The notes beneath the pieces are model-generated. The model saw only the letters and a program-made list of their open reading frames with translations. It did not search any database and was not told where the DNA came from. A DNA stretch of 64,000 nt from Centroscyllium fabricii (lineage: Eukaryota). Made by a program: the position numbers and the translations under genes. This document shows positions 62,369-64,000 of the stretch, piece after piece. Numbering within the stretch: position 1 is the stretch's first letter; every line of letters starts with the position of its first letter. The stretch lies in NCBI GenBank assembly GCA_051313645.2, contig JBNRSN020000008.1, positions 94,240,001 through 94,304,000 on the forward strand, given 5' to 3'.

Positions 62369-64000
62369 CTATGTGAGCCGTTGGGGTGGCCGGATAATGC
62401 GGCCGGACCGTGTTGCATGTTGCTTCTGGTTCTGAGGTGGAGTGTGGGCGGGTTTTGTTGCGGGAGGGCGACCGCGTTGTGGTGGTTGTGCGGGGACAGT
62501 CGTCTCGCCCGCTATAACGTGTGCCGGCTTGAGCCGGTCTATTGTCACAGTTTCAGTCCTGTTGCCCATTTGCAGTTCGAAAGCTTTAGCTCCCGCCCGA
62601 AGCACTCTGTAGGGGCCATCGTATGGTGGCTGCAGTGGAGATCGGTGTCCGTCGCGCCGGACGAACACGAATTTTGCGTTTTTGATGCCGTCCGGCGCCC
62701 GAGCTGCCGGCTCTCCGTGCCGGGCCACTGGTAGTGGCTGGAAAGCTCGTGCCGGGTTGGCGATGTCCTTTAAATACTGGTCGGCTGACCAGGGAGCGTT
62801 GGGTTCGGCTAGGAACTCGCCCGGCACTGTTAAGGCTTGGCCGTAGACGAGTTCTGCTGCCGAGGCGTTGAGGTCTTCCTTGACTGCCGAGCGCAGCCCG
62901 AGGAGAACCCATGGGAGGCGGTCGGTCCACGACGCGTCCTTGAGGGTGGCTCGTAGTGATGCCTTCATTGAGTGGTGGAACCGTTCGCATAGCCCGTTCG
63001 CTTGTGGGTGGTATGCGGTGGTTCGATGTAGTGTTACCCCGAGGTCGCGGGCGATGGCCGCCCATAATGCTGACGTGAACTGGGGTCCTCTGTCGGAGGT
63101 GATGTCGGTGGGCACGCCGAAGCGGGTGACCCAGGTGGCGATGAACGCCCTGGCCAAGTCTGTGGTGCCGGTGGCGGTGAGGGGGACTGCTTCTGGCCAG
63201 CGAGTGTTGCGGTCGACCATGGTCATTACGTGCATGTGGCCCCGGGATGGCGGTAGTGGCCCGACGAGATCAATGTGGACGTGGTCAAAGCGTCTGGCCG
63301 GCACTTTAAAAGTTTCCAGCGGTGCCCTGATGTGCTTATGCACTTTGGAGCGCTGGCAGGCAATGCAGGAGCTGGCCCAGGCGCGTACGTGCCATACGAA
63401 CCGGGCAGAGATAAGTTTGATGGACGCGCGGGTGCCGGGGTGGGACAGGTCATGGAGGGTCCTGAATATGTGTCGCCTCCAAGCGTGGGGGACGACGGGC
63501 CTGGGCTGCGGCAGGGATACGTCGCAGCAGACGACGGTGGCAGCGGGGCCGTGCACGATATTGGCCAAGTGGAGGCCCGAGAGATTTGCTGCTGAGTTGA
63601 GCAGGTCTGGGTCGGCCAGCTGGTCTGCGGCCAGCTGGGCGTAATCGACCGCCATTTGGGCGGCGTTAATGGTGGGGCGTGAGAGGCAGTCAGCGACCAC
63701 GTTGTCGTGGCCGGAAATATGTTGGATGTCGGTCGTAAATTCCGACACGGCCGCGAGCTGGCGCTGCTGCCTGGCCGACCAGGGTTTGGCGACCTTAGCC
63801 ATCGCAAACGTGAGTGGCTTATGGTCGACGAAGGCTGTGAAGTGGCGGCCCTCCACGAGGAAGTGAAAATGTCGCACTGCCAGATGGAGAGCGAGGAGCT
63901 CCCTATCGAAGGCGCTGTACTTAACCTCTGGGGGCCGGAGTTGCCGGCTGAAAAAGGCATGGGGCTGCCACGAGTTGCCGGTCCACTGCTCAAATACGGC
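62369..64000 (-). CDS. Ty3/Gypsy Pol, C-terminal part (RNase H and integrase); open to the window edge
   Basis: The frame is open from 64000 (AFFSRQL...YSAFDRELLA, DHKPL). It includes the integrase HHCC (HDLSHPG...CIAC), DDE (HIDLVG, TSDRG, NGLCERF) and GPY/F (YDGPYRV) motifs. Confidence 0.95.
   Translation of the reverse strand, partial: AVFEQWTGNSWQPHAFFSRQLRPPEVKYSAFDRELLALHLAVRHFHFLVEGRHFTAFVDHKPLTFAMAKVAKPWSARQQRQLAAVSEFTTDIQHISGHDNVVADCLSRPTINAAQMAVDYAQLAADQLADPDLLNSAANLSGLHLANIVHGPAATVVCCDVSLPQPRPVVPHAWRRHIFRTLHDLSHPGTRASIKLISARFVWHVRAWASSCIACQRSKVHKHIRAPLETFKVPARRFDHVHIDLVGPLPPSRGHMHVMTMVDRNTRWPEAVPLTATGTTDLARAFIATWVTRFGVPTDITSDRGPQFTSALWAAIARDLGVTLHRTTAYHPQANGLCERFHHSMKASLRATLKDASWTDRLPWVLLGLRSAVKEDLNASAAELVYGQALTVPGEFLAEPNAPWSADQYLKDIANPARAFQPLPVARHGEPAARAPDGIKNAKFVFVRRDGHRSPLQPPYDGPYRVLRAGAKAFELQMGNRTETVTIDRLKPAHVIAGETTVPAQPPQRGRPPATKPAHTPPQNQKQHATRSGRIIRPPQRLT

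Noticed and set aside
62381-63993. Long alternative-frame and antisense ORFs (258, 255, 159 and 117 aa) over the Gypsy pol
   Set aside because: These are shadow ORFs expected from GC-rich coding sequence, with no recognisable domains.

Overview
This is eukaryotic DNA with no prokaryotic features, almost certainly from a cartilaginous fish (shark), inferred from HE1 and SacSINE1-type SINEs and shark-type CR1 and Penelope repeats. The window appears to lie within one minus-strand gene, plakophilin-4 (PKP4/p0071, p120-catenin family). Eleven coding exons between 51684 and 3307 splice into a continuous 2321-nt reading frame covering the head domain and the first part of the armadillo repeats. One intron requires a non-canonical GC donor. 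The start and stop codons lie outside the window. The introns are dense, nested transposon strata: CR1, L2, RTE, Rex1 and RTEX-like LINEs, SINEs, Penelope remnants, pogo-, hAT-, Harbinger- and possibly P-like MITEs, and a young Ty3/Gypsy element at the right edge. The most unusual items are (1) palindromic Penelope-derived mini-elements carrying minimal hammerhead-ribozyme motifs, one with an intact core on the PKP4 pre-mRNA strand, (2) a candidate P-element-like MITE with THAP-type motifs, (3) MITEs packed with NRF1/YY1 motifs, (4) inverted young CR1 copies bracketing a frame-neutral exon, and (5) two apparent local templated duplications. I found no clearly new multi-gene system. Family names come from recall of motifs, not from database searches, and repeat boundaries without a stated TSD are approximate.
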